Shown one piece after another: positions 1 to 10,189 of a DNA stretch of 64,000 nucleotides. This DNA comes from Bacillota bacterium (GTDB taxonomy: Bacteria; Bacillota; Clostridia; Acetivibrionales; DUMC01). The stretch spans positions 24,377-88,376 of the forward strand of contig JABUEW010000001.1 of assembly GCA_013314855.1 (NCBI GenBank). Direction: 5' to 3'. The first letter of the stretch is position 1. Each line of letters starts with the position of its first letter. The notes under the pieces are model-generated. The model saw nothing but the letters and a program-made list of their open reading frames with translations. It had not been told where the DNA came from and did not search any database. Both the position numbers and the translations under genes were made by a program.

Positions 1-861
1 ACTATTGGCAAAAGATAAATCGGTCTCATCCCCTATTTTAAACTCTAAAATTCTAAATACTGTTGACTTAAAAGCTGTAGCATTAAATAGAGGATCACTT
101 TCAAATTCTTTCAATTTTTCTTTTTCAAAATTTTTTAGTTCATTTCGCATTACATACATTGCATCAAGACAGTTGCTTGCATCCTGCATAGCCTTCTTTG
201 TTTCAAATTCAATTTTAAATCTTCCGCCGCTTACAGATACTGGTGCTATATCAAAATTAACACCATCGGCATAAATATAATAGTTACATGGATATTTTAG
301 AACAGCCGCAAGTGACCCATTAGCTCCTCCGCCTTCTTCATCTACAACGGAAGCAAGCACCACATCATTATCCAATTTAATATTGCAGTCGATTACAGCT
401 TTTAAAGCCATGTATGCAGCTGCAAGGCCTTCTTTGTCATCACAGGCTCCCCTACCATAAACTTTACCATCTCTTAGAAGCCCCGACCAAGGGTTCACCG
501 TCCAATCATTCGGGTTACCCACAGGCACCACATCTACATGGGCACTCAACATTATTTTTTTCGTAGACTTCATTCCCTTGTATATACCTATAAGATTGGG
601 TCTATCCTTGTAATCCCTTTCTTTTAAATAACCCGGATGATTCTCAATATTCTCTATAGAATCGGGTGTAAACATGTCAATTCTCAAGCCCAATTCTTTG
701 TATCTTTCCGCAAGGTATTCCTGGCATTTTTTTTCATAACCCAGAGGCGGAAAGTTTTCACTTGGTATCCTTATTAGTTCCTGGAGTAAAGTAATACAAT
801 AATCCTTATTCTTATCAATATATTCAATTACTTTAGACTTATACCCTTCTTTATTTACCAT
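1..861 (-). CDS. M20-family metallopeptidase / N-acyl-amino-acid deacylase (ArgE/DapE-like); 3' end runs off the window
   Basis: Absent from the ORF track because there is no stop in the window. My own minus-strand translation from ATG at 861 (GGAGGG about 9 nt upstream) gives MVNKEGYKSKVIEYIDKNKDYCITLLQELIRIPSENFPP... and later MLSAHVDVVPVGNPNDWTVNPWSGLLRDGKVYGRGACDDKEGLAAAYMALKA. These are the HxD and GRGxxDxK metal-site motifs of peptidase M20. The + strand ORF 5..274 is antisense noise. Confidence 0.8.
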   Translation of the reverse strand, partial: MVNKEGYKSKVIEYIDKNKDYCITLLQELIRIPSENFPPLGYEKKCQEYLAERYKELGLRIDMFTPDSIENIENHPGYLKERDYKDRPNLIGIYKGMKSTKKIMLSAHVDVVPVGNPNDWTVNPWSGLLRDGKVYGRGACDDKEGLAAAYMALKAVIDCNIKLDNDVVLASVVDEEGGGANGSLAAVLKYPCNYYIYADGVNFDIAPVSVSGGRFKIEFETKKAMQDASNCLDAMYVMRNELKNFEKEKLKEFESDPLFNATAFKSTVFRILEFKIGDETDLSFANS

Positions 862-905
862 ATAATAGATCCCTCCACATAATTTATTCAATCACAAGGC
901 AGAAA

Positions 906-2024
906 CTAAGGTAGAAGCTTTTCTGCCGGTACATATTCCATACCTATACTTTCCGCAATAGGCTTATTTGTTATATAGCCTTTATATGTATTTAATCCGC
1001 GCTTAAGTGAGCAATCATCTAATATAGACTTTTCAACACCATTATTGGCAACTCTCAAAATATATGGCAGAGTTACAGATGTCAAAGCAAAAGTGGAAGT
1101 CCTTGGTACCGCCCCGGGCATATTATCCACTGAGTAATGTATTACACCATATTTCTCGTAATAAGGGTTATCATGTGTTGTAACCCTATCTATTGTTTCT
1201 ATTGAACCTCCCTGATCAATAGCTACATCAACAATTACAGAACCCTTTTTCATAGTTTTTACCATCGTTTCGGATACAACCTTTGGTGCCCTGGCTCCTG
1301 CCACCAAGACCGCCCCTATCAGAAGATCTGCTTTTTTTACCATTTCAGCAGCATTATATTCATTATAAAGTAAAGTGGAAACTCTTCCTGAAAAAATGTC
1401 ATCCAACTGAGACAATCTATTTTTGTTAACATCAAGTATGGTAACCCTTGCGCCAAGCCCAATTGACATTTTTGCTGCATTTGTACCGACACAGCCTCCC
1501 CCTATAATAACAACCTCGGCTGGAAGAACTCCTGGAACACCTCCTAACAATATACCGCTTCCACCGTTATGTTTCTGCAGCATATACGCACCTACCTGTA
1601 CCGACATTCTCCCAGCTACCTCACTCATTGGTGCTAATAGCGGAAGAAAACCATTTGCCAATTGTACTGTTTCATAAGCTATGCCTATTATCTTTTTTTT
1701 AATTAAAGTTCTGGTTAAAGCCGGATTTGGCGCCAAGTGAAGATACGCAAACAGAGTTTGTCCTTCTTTCAATAAATCATATTCACTCTCGAGAGGTGCC
1801 TTAACCTTAAGTATAATATCTGCCTCAGAATATACCTCAGTGTTATTTTCAAGGATCACTGCTCCAGCTCTTTTATATTCATCATCTTCAATGCCGCTCC
1901 CAACCCCTGCTGATTTCTCAATTATTACTTTGTGACCAGCCCTAACAAGTTCATTTACCCCAGCAGGCGTTATTGCAACCCTGTTTTCATTGTTTTTTAA
2001 TTCCTTTGGAACCCCTATTATCAC
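906..2024 (-). CDS. ald: L-alanine dehydrogenase
   Basis: 372 aa. The N-terminus MIIGVPKELKNNENRVAITPAGV and the Rossmann motif VVIIGGGCVGTNAAKMSIGLGARVTILD are typical of AlaDH. GTG start preceded by GGGAGG; TAG stop. Confidence 0.9.
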   Translation of the reverse strand: MIIGVPKELKNNENRVAITPAGVNELVRAGHKVIIEKSAGVGSGIEDDEYKRAGAVILENNTEVYSEADIILKVKAPLESEYDLLKEGQTLFAYLHLAPNPALTRTLIKKKIIGIAYETVQLANGFLPLLAPMSEVAGRMSVQVGAYMLQKHNGGSGILLGGVPGVLPAEVVIIGGGCVGTNAAKMSIGLGARVTILDVNKNRLSQLDDIFSGRVSTLLYNEYNAAEMVKKADLLIGAVLVAGARAPKVVSETMVKTMKKGSVIVDVAIDQGGSIETIDRVTTHDNPYYEKYGVIHYSVDNMPGAVPRTSTFALTSVTLPYILRVANNGVEKSILDDCSLKRGLNTYKGYITNKPIAESIGMEYVPAEKLLP

Positions 2025-2088
2025 TAGTAATTCCTCCCATACTTTTCCTTATCTTGATTATCCAAATTATTTACACAAATTGTTCCCA

Positions 2089-3336
2089 TTACCTTCGGTG
2101 TTTTTCTGCCACACTTTTTACAATTTGCGCTACCAATTCACAGTCCTCTTCTGTATACTTTTCACAGAATGTAGACCAGCGCAACCAGTTCTCAAGAAAT
2201 GCAGCTGCATTTGGGCACATGCTCTTATAATTATATTCGTATGATGCAGGAGGCATTGAATATGGATATACCTTATTACTTGCGTTCTCCTGCAGGAAGG
2301 TACATGCATCCGGCATGAAATAGTAACGGGCAGTACTAATCCCTGGTATTCCGGCAGCAGCACATTCCTCACCAAACTTGTCAGCAGTACAATCAAAAGC
2401 TTCAGGATCTATACTAAATCCGCACATCCAGCAGGAGTATACATCAAGATAATCTGGAATTTTATCAGGAATAATGCCAGGTATATCGGCAAGTTTTTTA
2501 TTGATAAGTCTTACCATTTTGTCCCTCTTAGCCACATTTTCCTGAATAATTTCAAGCTGGGCCAGGTTTATTGCAGCTGTACAATTAGGCATACGGATTG
2601 CACTGCCGGGTACAACATGCAGTCTTCCAAAACCGGGTTTAATTTGTGCACCCCTGCTCTGACAGCGAAACCTAGCGTATTCAGCCAATTCGTCATTATT
2701 GGTTATAAAACAGCCGCCAATATCAGATCCCATGGTTTTTTCAGCATCAAAAGAAAACGCACCTACATCACCTATTGTCCCTGCCAGTTTTCCCTTATAC
2801 CTTCCATATACAGCCTGGCACGCATCCTCTATAACCATAAGATTATATTTTTTCGCCAATTCCAAAATTGGATCCATATCACAAATAATACCTGTCATAT
2901 GAACAACAACAATTGCTCTTGTTCTATCAGTTATACAAGGCTCAATTGTTTTGGCACTTACATTTACACTGCCGGGTTCAGTATCTGCAAAAACCGGGAT
3001 ATTGTTGTTCTTAATAAATCCCATAATAGTACCGTAGTCTGTTATAGGGCTGAATATAACTTCATCTCCAGGATTAAAATTCAATGCTTCAGCCAGCATT
3101 TGAATTGCAGATGTACAACCCGGAGCAGAAACACAATGCTTTACTCCCATTGCTTCTGCATACGCCCTCTCAAACCTGCCTATCATATCAACAGTTAATC
3201 CACTGTCAACAACCTCTTGAAGGTATTTTAAAGCATTAGGCCCCATTATTCTAGGAAATGGCGTTGGCAGTTTTCCCTTTAGCCCTGCCAATGCTTCTGC
3301 TCCATATTTTGCACGTTCCAACTTCTTTTCCATCAC
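2089..3336 (-). CDS. DegT/DnrJ/EryC1/StrS-family PLP-dependent aminotransferase
   Basis: 415 aa. Has GPNALKYLQEVVDSGL, VSAPGCTSAIQMLAEAL, PGDEVIFSPITDYGT and a FSFDAEKTM Schiff-base lysine context. Confidence 0.8.
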   Translation of the reverse strand: MMEKKLERAKYGAEALAGLKGKLPTPFPRIMGPNALKYLQEVVDSGLTVDMIGRFERAYAEAMGVKHCVSAPGCTSAIQMLAEALNFNPGDEVIFSPITDYGTIMGFIKNNNIPVFADTEPGSVNVSAKTIEPCITDRTRAIVVVHMTGIICDMDPILELAKKYNLMVIEDACQAVYGRYKGKLAGTIGDVGAFSFDAEKTMGSDIGGCFITNNDELAEYARFRCQSRGAQIKPGFGRLHVVPGSAIRMPNCTAAINLAQLEIIQENVAKRDKMVRLINKKLADIPGIIPDKIPDYLDVYSCWMCGFSIDPEAFDCTADKFGEECAAAGIPGISTARYYFMPDACTFLQENASNKVYPYSMPPASYEYNYKSMCPNAAAFLENWLRWSTFCEKYTEEDCELVAQIVKSVAEKHRR

Positions 3337-3598
3337 AAATTACCCCTTTCTTTTCGCTATAATTCATTTCGTAGTTTAGAGTAGTTTAGAAATAATTTTA
3401 GTTGTATAATTTACTTTTGTTAATATTTCTTTTTTCCATTTATATAACTTATATAATAATAATAGAATTTTCACCATATTTCTTCACATTAAATTGCTAT
3501 ATATGTGGAAGTTATTGCTTAATAATATTACCCTGAATTCATATTATTTTTTTGACACTAATATAAACGTATATTTTTATAAACGTATGTTTTACCTG

Positions 3599-5668
3599 TC
3601 ATTCCATTACAACAAGCCCATAGATTTTAAAATTCGGAACTTCAAACATTATCTTTCCCCTTTTTGTCTCAAATGATATTTCCTTAATGGCATGGAATTC
3701 GGGGCTAATAAATGACAACTTTTTAATAATCCTGTTTTTGGGTTGCTTAAAACTTACCTTTAAACCTGTAACAATATTTTGATAATCATAGTTCACCAAA
3801 TGCAGCATTAGCCTCCCTGTGCTTCTCTGGGTAAGAAATTCAGCAGCTGTAGTAAAAGGCCCTTCTATTCTTAAAATCTCACGGCCTTTTCTCGCCCAGT
3901 TCAAAATTTCAATTATCTCCTTCCAATTAACGGGAAGATACCCTTGAAGTCTTTTTAGGTATGGAACTGCGGGTCCAATTGAATGTCTCACATGTGATAT
4001 TTTCAAATCCTTTTCATGAGGCACCACCTTTGGAATAACAGCAAACTTTCCCTTACCAAGTGTCCCTTTTACCACTTCGTTTATTGGCCATTTGATACCA
4101 AGAACATTTTCTAGTCCGTATTCCTGCTCTTCCATAGGTACATGGAAAAGAGATACACCTTTCCTTCGTCTTCCCCACTCATCAAGAAGAGATGTCTGAT
4201 CGGTAGCTATAAGGCTTCCTCCATTTTTTACATAATTTTCAACCTGGGAAATTTGTTTGGAACTCATATATTTTACATTTGGAAGAACAAGCACTGAATA
4301 CTCTGATATATCTTCAAGGTCCTCATCATATATAACCGAATATGGGATCTTTGATCTTATAAGCGTCTCTTCAAAATATATTAGACTAATAAGAGAAGAC
4401 GTCATTGAATATGAAAGTGAAGGATATGAATTAAGAAGTGCAATTTCGGGAATTTCCTCGGTTTCCTCAAAATACTTCCTATTATGTTTAAAAAATTTAA
4501 TATATTCTTTTGTTTCTTTCTCAAGGCAATCCAATCCGGGCATACCAACCGTGTTAAATACAAAAGGATTGAACGCCATTGATTCTGCAAGATCAAGCAG
4601 TATATTTTTTCTTTGGAAATTGGTCATCCATACGCCGCGTCTAAGCTTACGAGCACTTTTAAATGTGCGTATCCTTGTAGCCAGTTTTCCGTCCTGATGC
4701 ACCCCGAGAATCCCCTGGTCTGCCTCAGCTGCAAGAGCGTCGCAGTGCGGATATATTGATGTTGGCCATATACCATGAAATACTGCGTTGTTGAGCCCCC
4801 CCATTGGGCCCATGTATGGGCAATTCCATACTATTGCAATATCAGGTGATATTTTTTTTATGTATTCCTTAAATCTCTTTGATACCTCTCCTAGTCTCCA
4901 ACATCTGAAATCTATCCATTCCTGCTGGACCGGATCATTTATAGCGCCGGGTTCTATACCTGCAAAAAGAAATGGGTCTGTATAGTTCCATTTAAGTTCA
5001 TCCACAAATACAGGTGGAAAGATTCCATCCACTTTTGGAAACCCAAACCGTTCCAACCTTGACTCCCGTGATGGGTATTTTCTGTTGAGATATTCTCTAA
5101 ATGCCTTTGTGCAATCATTACATGCGCAAGCAAAGGAATAGTAACCATAATTATCGAAAAAAACCAGATCAGCCTCCAGATTTTCAACGGCATATTTTAT
5201 GCCTTTTTCTACATACTGTAGGTACTCTTCCTTATTTATGCAGGGAATAAGCCTGAAGTATGAATTATAATAAGTCGGTTTTCTTCCCTGGTGATCTACC
5301 TGTACCCATTCCAGTACTGCTTTTTCTTCATTTACTACGCCTTCATAGAATACTGAACCTATTGATTGAACATAGGCCCCCACTTTTATACCTTTCTCGT
5401 GGAAATAGCGGGCCATCTGCCTTTGTCTTTTCATATTCTCATTATCTGCTTCATAACCAACATTATTAAATGCCTGGACAACTACCAGATCTATGCCTAG
5501 TTCATGTAGTTTTTTAGCTGTTTCTAACGAGTGCTCTTTGTTGTAAATTTCCCAAAACTGATGGGTTACAAGCCCTTTTCTCTGATTCAAAATAAGGGCT
5601 TCACCTTCCTGTACTACTATTACTCCTTTTCTTAACCAGTCTACAGAGGTCAAAGTATAATCTTTCAT
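3599..5668 (-). CDS. GH42-like protein (TIM barrel with CxCxxC cluster plus GATase1-like middle domain), paralog I
   Basis: 689 aa. SFACACNDCTKAFREYLNRKY resembles the GH42 Cys cluster followed by F..WL...Y. VLVLPNVKYMSSKQISQVENYVKNGGSLIATDQT resembles the GH42 trimerisation/GATase1-like domain. About 65-70% identical by eye to 8088..10160. Confidence 0.55.
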   Translation of the reverse strand: MKDYTLTSVDWLRKGVIVVQEGEALILNQRKGLVTHQFWEIYNKEHSLETAKKLHELGIDLVVVQAFNNVGYEADNENMKRQRQMARYFHEKGIKVGAYVQSIGSVFYEGVVNEEKAVLEWVQVDHQGRKPTYYNSYFRLIPCINKEEYLQYVEKGIKYAVENLEADLVFFDNYGYYSFACACNDCTKAFREYLNRKYPSRESRLERFGFPKVDGIFPPVFVDELKWNYTDPFLFAGIEPGAINDPVQQEWIDFRCWRLGEVSKRFKEYIKKISPDIAIVWNCPYMGPMGGLNNAVFHGIWPTSIYPHCDALAAEADQGILGVHQDGKLATRIRTFKSARKLRRGVWMTNFQRKNILLDLAESMAFNPFVFNTVGMPGLDCLEKETKEYIKFFKHNRKYFEETEEIPEIALLNSYPSLSYSMTSSLISLIYFEETLIRSKIPYSVIYDEDLEDISEYSVLVLPNVKYMSSKQISQVENYVKNGGSLIATDQTSLLDEWGRRRKGVSLFHVPMEEQEYGLENVLGIKWPINEVVKGTLGKGKFAVIPKVVPHEKDLKISHVRHSIGPAVPYLKRLQGYLPVNWKEIIEILNWARKGREILRIEGPFTTAAEFLTQRSTGRLMLHLVNYDYQNIVTGLKVSFKQPKNRIIKKLSFISPEFHAIKEISFETKRGKIMFEVPNFKIYGLVVME

Positions 5669-5716
5669 AACCTAACCTATTCCTCCTCTAAATAGAGTGT
5701 TTTTCATTACTATAAT

Positions 5717-6886
5717 TCAGATATAATATGATAACCTTACTTCTATGGAACTTTTAATTCCACTCCTGCCATACTTATTAACAGTACATGCACTTATGGT
5801 ATTGCTGCCTTCTTTAAGCCGCCATTTAAACTCTTCCTGCCTGGTTTCCCAATCATTATCATCCAATTTGACAATATAATGGTCAAAATAAGGATCTGTA
5901 TTACTCATCTTTACTATTAATTTTATATCCGGGTTTTCGGGACAGTCTTCAACCGTTAATTCGATTTTAGTCTGATTGAGGGTAAAATAAACGTCATCGG
6001 GATTTTCAACCCATTGGATTTTGGGCCATGCCCTCTGGATTGGATATTCATTTACAAGCAGCAGGGCTTCTGCCATTTTATCTGAAAACATATAACTCTT
6101 ATCGGCAGCGTGTATTATAATGTAAGTGTAAAAATGCATGCTTTTGTTTATAGTAAACCGCTTCCACATTTCAATCAACTGCGCTTTACTTGAAATATAA
6201 TTGTCTGCATGATTCTTTCCGAACATCTTAAGAGTAGCATCATAAAACCCCTTTAACTGGGATTCAAGTTCATCCTGGCTAAATTTGATTTCAGGCGTTG
6301 CCGGAACCTGTTCGACATTTTTTTCTTTCCCACAAAGCCATGCTTTTCTTACTTCATAGGAATTCAAGGGTACCCCTTTTTCCTCGTAATGCCAGTCTGT
6401 TGTTGGATCAAAAACAACCCATTTTCTATAGTCATTTGACCATACTTCTGTCACACAGTGACCAGTAAAAAATGAATTTTCTGGTTCAGGTATATCGCTC
6501 TTATCTCTTAGTATACTTACAAGCCTTGCGGGAAAACCTAAGGACAGGCAGCATTGCATAAATACACTTGCATATACTCCACAGGCAAAAGTCGCTCCCT
6601 TCTCCGCTGCTTCCAGTACATCGATGGCATTACCGCTTCTAGGAACAGGATTACCTGTAAAACCATATTTCCACCTGTTTTTTACCCATTTCCTGAGTAA
6701 AACCAGTTTTTCAAATTCAGTTTTTCCATTGGCCACTACATTATCAAGGGAGTATTTCTCTCTCAAGGCCTTAAGCTTAGCATCATCATATTCAGAATAA
6801 TTATAGCGGGTATAATCACCAATGATTGTGGGATTATCATATTTAACTATCTTTAATTCTTTTAACCCTTTAAATATTCTTTCCAT
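5717..6886 (-). CDS. Transglutaminase-core-like Cys-His-Asp protein, paralog I
   Basis: 389 aa. ATFACGVYASVFMQCCLSLGFPARLV (Cys), FTGHCVTEVW (His) and WVVFDPTTD (Asp) appear in the order and spacing of the transglutaminase core. Confidence 0.65.
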   Translation of the reverse strand: MERIFKGLKELKIVKYDNPTIIGDYTRYNYSEYDDAKLKALREKYSLDNVVANGKTEFEKLVLLRKWVKNRWKYGFTGNPVPRSGNAIDVLEAAEKGATFACGVYASVFMQCCLSLGFPARLVSILRDKSDIPEPENSFFTGHCVTEVWSNDYRKWVVFDPTTDWHYEEKGVPLNSYEVRKAWLCGKEKNVEQVPATPEIKFSQDELESQLKGFYDATLKMFGKNHADNYISSKAQLIEMWKRFTINKSMHFYTYIIIHAADKSYMFSDKMAEALLLVNEYPIQRAWPKIQWVENPDDVYFTLNQTKIELTVEDCPENPDIKLIVKMSNTDPYFDHYIVKLDDNDWETRQEEFKWRLKEGSNTISACTVNKYGRSGIKSSIEVRLSYYI

Positions 6887-6975
6887 ATAAACGTCTCCCC
6901 TGTTAAACTTTTAAGTTTTAAACATTTAAAGGTTAAATAGCCTTTAATATTTATAAGTTTATAAGGAACTCATTT

Positions 6976-7983
6976 TTAGACATAAGATTTCTTCTGTACC
7001 GCTATTTCCATACCATTGTGAACTTCAATTGTAAAACACAATATTCCGTTTTTAACAGGGTACACCTTCACCTGGTTTCCATCTGCAAAAACATTTATTA
7101 CCTCAGGTGTAAACGGACATTCTATCAATATTGTAAGTTCCTTACAGTAAACCTGTTTGGGTACAGAATTCAGATTGACACAAAAATGACCCTCTTTAAT
7201 ATTAATATTTTCTATAAAAGCACATCGGCGCATATACCTGTAGTCAATTACCTCATCCGGATTTGCATACCAACACGAATTGCCTCCCTCGTATATAATT
7301 GTTTCCAACCTCTCTCTGTGATGGGCAGCATTGCAGTCCTTATACAAATGAATAGCTTGTTCCAGTGGACAATGGCAGTAATCCACAATCCAGCTATTCA
7401 AAGCCCTCGCCTGATGGATGCGTTTCCATGGGTCATAGGTTCCATCAAATACTCCCCAGTATTTTTCGTGAAGTGGAACACGGTTTATCCAAAAAAGATC
7501 ATCTGCATCCGGGAAGTTCACATCATCAGTTATACTCATACCTGCCAGGTAGCCGTATTCTTTAAGTTTTTCTATTACATCGCTTGTCAGGTTATCATTG
7601 TTGCCTGGAGCAGTATACACTGTAACAGGCCTTCCGATAGCATCCTCAATGACTTCTTTTGCCTTGAGTAATTCCAATTCAGGATTGTTCATTACATTTT
7701 CATGACTCCAGGAATGGTTCCCAACGCCCCACCCTTTTGATACAAGCTCCCGAAGTTCTTCACTGTTCATATGTCTCATACCGTTAAATGAACTGGTACC
7801 ACAATTTCTACGCTTTCCTATTTGACCTGCTACGACTTCAACATGCCCAGGTATTCCAAGTTCATCATGAACTGGAATTACGAATTTTGACAAATCGGCG
7901 AGAGCTTCATCGTATGTAATTGAATATACCCAATCCTTACAATACTTCCATTTTGCAACTGAAAGTTTGATATTTTCTTCCAT
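6976..7983 (-). CDS. Polysaccharide deacetylase (CE4/NodB-like)
   Basis: 335 aa. SITYDEA sits in place of the TFDDG motif, and GWGVGNHSWSHE matches the H(S/T)xxH metal motif. Confidence 0.6.
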   Translation of the reverse strand: MEENIKLSVAKWKYCKDWVYSITYDEALADLSKFVIPVHDELGIPGHVEVVAGQIGKRRNCGTSSFNGMRHMNSEELRELVSKGWGVGNHSWSHENVMNNPELELLKAKEVIEDAIGRPVTVYTAPGNNDNLTSDVIEKLKEYGYLAGMSITDDVNFPDADDLFWINRVPLHEKYWGVFDGTYDPWKRIHQARALNSWIVDYCHCPLEQAIHLYKDCNAAHHRERLETIIYEGGNSCWYANPDEVIDYRYMRRCAFIENINIKEGHFCVNLNSVPKQVYCKELTILIECPFTPEVINVFADGNQVKVYPVKNGILCFTIEVHNGMEIAVQKKSYV

Positions 7984-8087
7984 ATATTTTCAACCTACCT
8001 TAATAATATATTGGTTAATATCATATAACGTTTATTTATACTAAAACCCTATATTTGCCATTTTAATTGGTTATCATTGTTTATCCA

Positions 8088-10160
8088 TCAAGCCTCCATT
8101 ATCACCAAACCATATATTTTAAAATCCGGAACCTTAAAAGATATTGAGACTCCTTTTGTTTCAAACTCAATATTTTTCTTATCTTTCAACTCAGGTGTTA
8201 AAAATGTCAATCTGTTGATCTTCATATCTGTAGGAACTTTAAAGTTTACAAATACGTCTGTGGCATTACAGTTATGATTATAGTTAACCAGGTGAAGGAT
8301 AACCCTCCCTGCATCTTTCTGCTTAAGCAGTTCTGCACAAACAGTATCAGAAGCTTTTATTTCAAGTATTTTACTGTCTTGCCTTGCCCACTCAAGAACT
8401 TCCATTATTTCAGCCTGGTTTTCCGGTAAGTAACCGAATAATGACTTTAAATAAGGAACTGCCGGCCCTATTGAATGTCTTACTTCACCCAGATTTAAGT
8501 TTTTAGAATGAGGGTAAACCCGTGGTATTATTGCAAATCTTCCTTTACCCAGTGTACCCTTTAAGATATCTTTTGTTGGCCATTTTACACTGAGTACTTT
8601 CTCAAGGCCATACTCCTGTTCTTCCAGAGGAACTGTAAATAATGATACTCCCTTGCGTCTCCTTCCCTTCTCATCCAGAAGGGATGTTTGATCAGTAGCT
8701 ATAAGGGTTCCCCCGTTCTTAACATACTTCTCAACCTGAGAAATCTGTTCCGAGCTCATATACTTTGCATTGGCAAGCACAAGCACAGGATACTCTGAAA
8801 TATCATCCAAGTCTTCATCGTATATAACAGAATATGGTATTCTTGATCTTATAAGAGTCTCTTCAACATATATAAGGCTCATCAACGGAGCTATCATATC
8901 ATATGAAAGTGAAGCATATGAGTAAAGAAGGGCAACTTCTGTAATCTCTTCAGTATCAATAAAATACTTATTGTTCTTTTTGAAAAAGCTGATATATTTT
9001 CGGGTGTCAGGTTCTAAAGCCATCAAACTTGGCGTTCCTACAGTATTATACAGGAATGGATTGTATGCCATTGATTCGGATAGATCCAGCAATATATTCT
9101 GCCTGTGGAAATTGGTCATCCAGACGCCTCGTTTAAGTGCCCGGGCATTCTTAAAGGTTCTTATCCTTGAAGAAAGCCTTCCGTCTTCATGTGCACCCAG
9201 AAGACCCTGATCTGCTTCAGCAGCAAACGCATCACAGTGTGGATAAATAGCTGTAGGCCATACACCATGAAATGCAGCATTGTTAAGTCCACCAAAAGGC
9301 CCCATATAAGGTGCATTCCATACTACAGCAATACCTGGTGATAGGCTTTTAAGGTAGTCATAAATTCTCTTTGATACCTCACCCAGCCTTGCGCACCGAA
9401 AATTTATCCATTCCTGTTGTACCGGATCACTTATCACACCTGGGTCGTACAAAGATACAAATTGGAAAGGGTCTGTAAAAGTCCATTTCAGGTTGTCAGC
9501 AAATACTGGAGGAAATATTCCATCCACTGTGGGAAAACCAAACCGCTCAATTCTCGATTCACGGGTAGGGTACTTATAATTAAGATATTTTCTGAATGCT
9601 TCCTTACAGTCGTCACATGCACAGGCAAACGAATAATAGCCGTAATTATCAAAAAATACCAGATCTGCCTCAAGGCTTTCAACTGCATATTTAAGGCCTT
9701 TTTCTATGTATCTTAGATATTCGTCCTTGTTTATACACGGTATATACCTAAAATATGAATTATAATATGTAGGATATCTCCCAAAGTAATCTTTTTGAAC
9801 CCATTCTAAGCACGATGGTTCTTCTGTTATTACTCCTTCATAAAGAATGGAACCTATTGTCTGTACATAAGCGCCAACCTTTATTTCTCTTTCATGCAAA
9901 TATTTAGCAATTTGTCTTTCCATAATAATAAATTCGTCATCAGCATCATACCCCATAGAATTGAAACCGCCAATTGTAACTAGATCTATACCCAACTCTT
10001 TTAGCTTATCTGCAGCTTCAGGCAAGTGTTCTGTTCTAAAAATTTCTGCAGATTTTAAGGTAGTTAGGCCCTTTCTTGCTTGGAACGGGTGCTCAACTTC
10101 TTGAACAACTATAATACCCTTCTTTAGCCATTGAACATCAGTAATTTTTAAATTTTTCAT
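8088..10160 (-). CDS. GH42-like protein, paralog II
   Basis: 690 aa, collinear with 3599..5668. Has SFACACDDCKEAFRKYLNYKY and VLVLANAKYMSSEQISQVEKYVKNGGTLIATDQT. Confidence 0.55.
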   Translation of the reverse strand: MKNLKITDVQWLKKGIIVVQEVEHPFQARKGLTTLKSAEIFRTEHLPEAADKLKELGIDLVTIGGFNSMGYDADDEFIIMERQIAKYLHEREIKVGAYVQTIGSILYEGVITEEPSCLEWVQKDYFGRYPTYYNSYFRYIPCINKDEYLRYIEKGLKYAVESLEADLVFFDNYGYYSFACACDDCKEAFRKYLNYKYPTRESRIERFGFPTVDGIFPPVFADNLKWTFTDPFQFVSLYDPGVISDPVQQEWINFRCARLGEVSKRIYDYLKSLSPGIAVVWNAPYMGPFGGLNNAAFHGVWPTAIYPHCDAFAAEADQGLLGAHEDGRLSSRIRTFKNARALKRGVWMTNFHRQNILLDLSESMAYNPFLYNTVGTPSLMALEPDTRKYISFFKKNNKYFIDTEEITEVALLYSYASLSYDMIAPLMSLIYVEETLIRSRIPYSVIYDEDLDDISEYPVLVLANAKYMSSEQISQVEKYVKNGGTLIATDQTSLLDEKGRRRKGVSLFTVPLEEQEYGLEKVLSVKWPTKDILKGTLGKGRFAIIPRVYPHSKNLNLGEVRHSIGPAVPYLKSLFGYLPENQAEIMEVLEWARQDSKILEIKASDTVCAELLKQKDAGRVILHLVNYNHNCNATDVFVNFKVPTDMKINRLTFLTPELKDKKNIEFETKGVSISFKVPDFKIYGLVIMEA

Positions 10161-10189
10161 CCTTTAGCACCTCCAATTTGTAAAAGCTT

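Noticed and set aside
5-274. Plus-strand and other antisense ORFs from the track, e.g. 5..274, 1423..1677, 2617..3198, 7018..7671, 13530..14487 (minus), 40208..40417, 54466..54870, 57180..57746, 60746..61708
   Set aside because: All lie antisense to, or nested within, long ORFs with clear family motifs. They have low-complexity or Ser/Leu/Phe-rich compositions typical of AT-rich antisense frames, and they lack RBSs.
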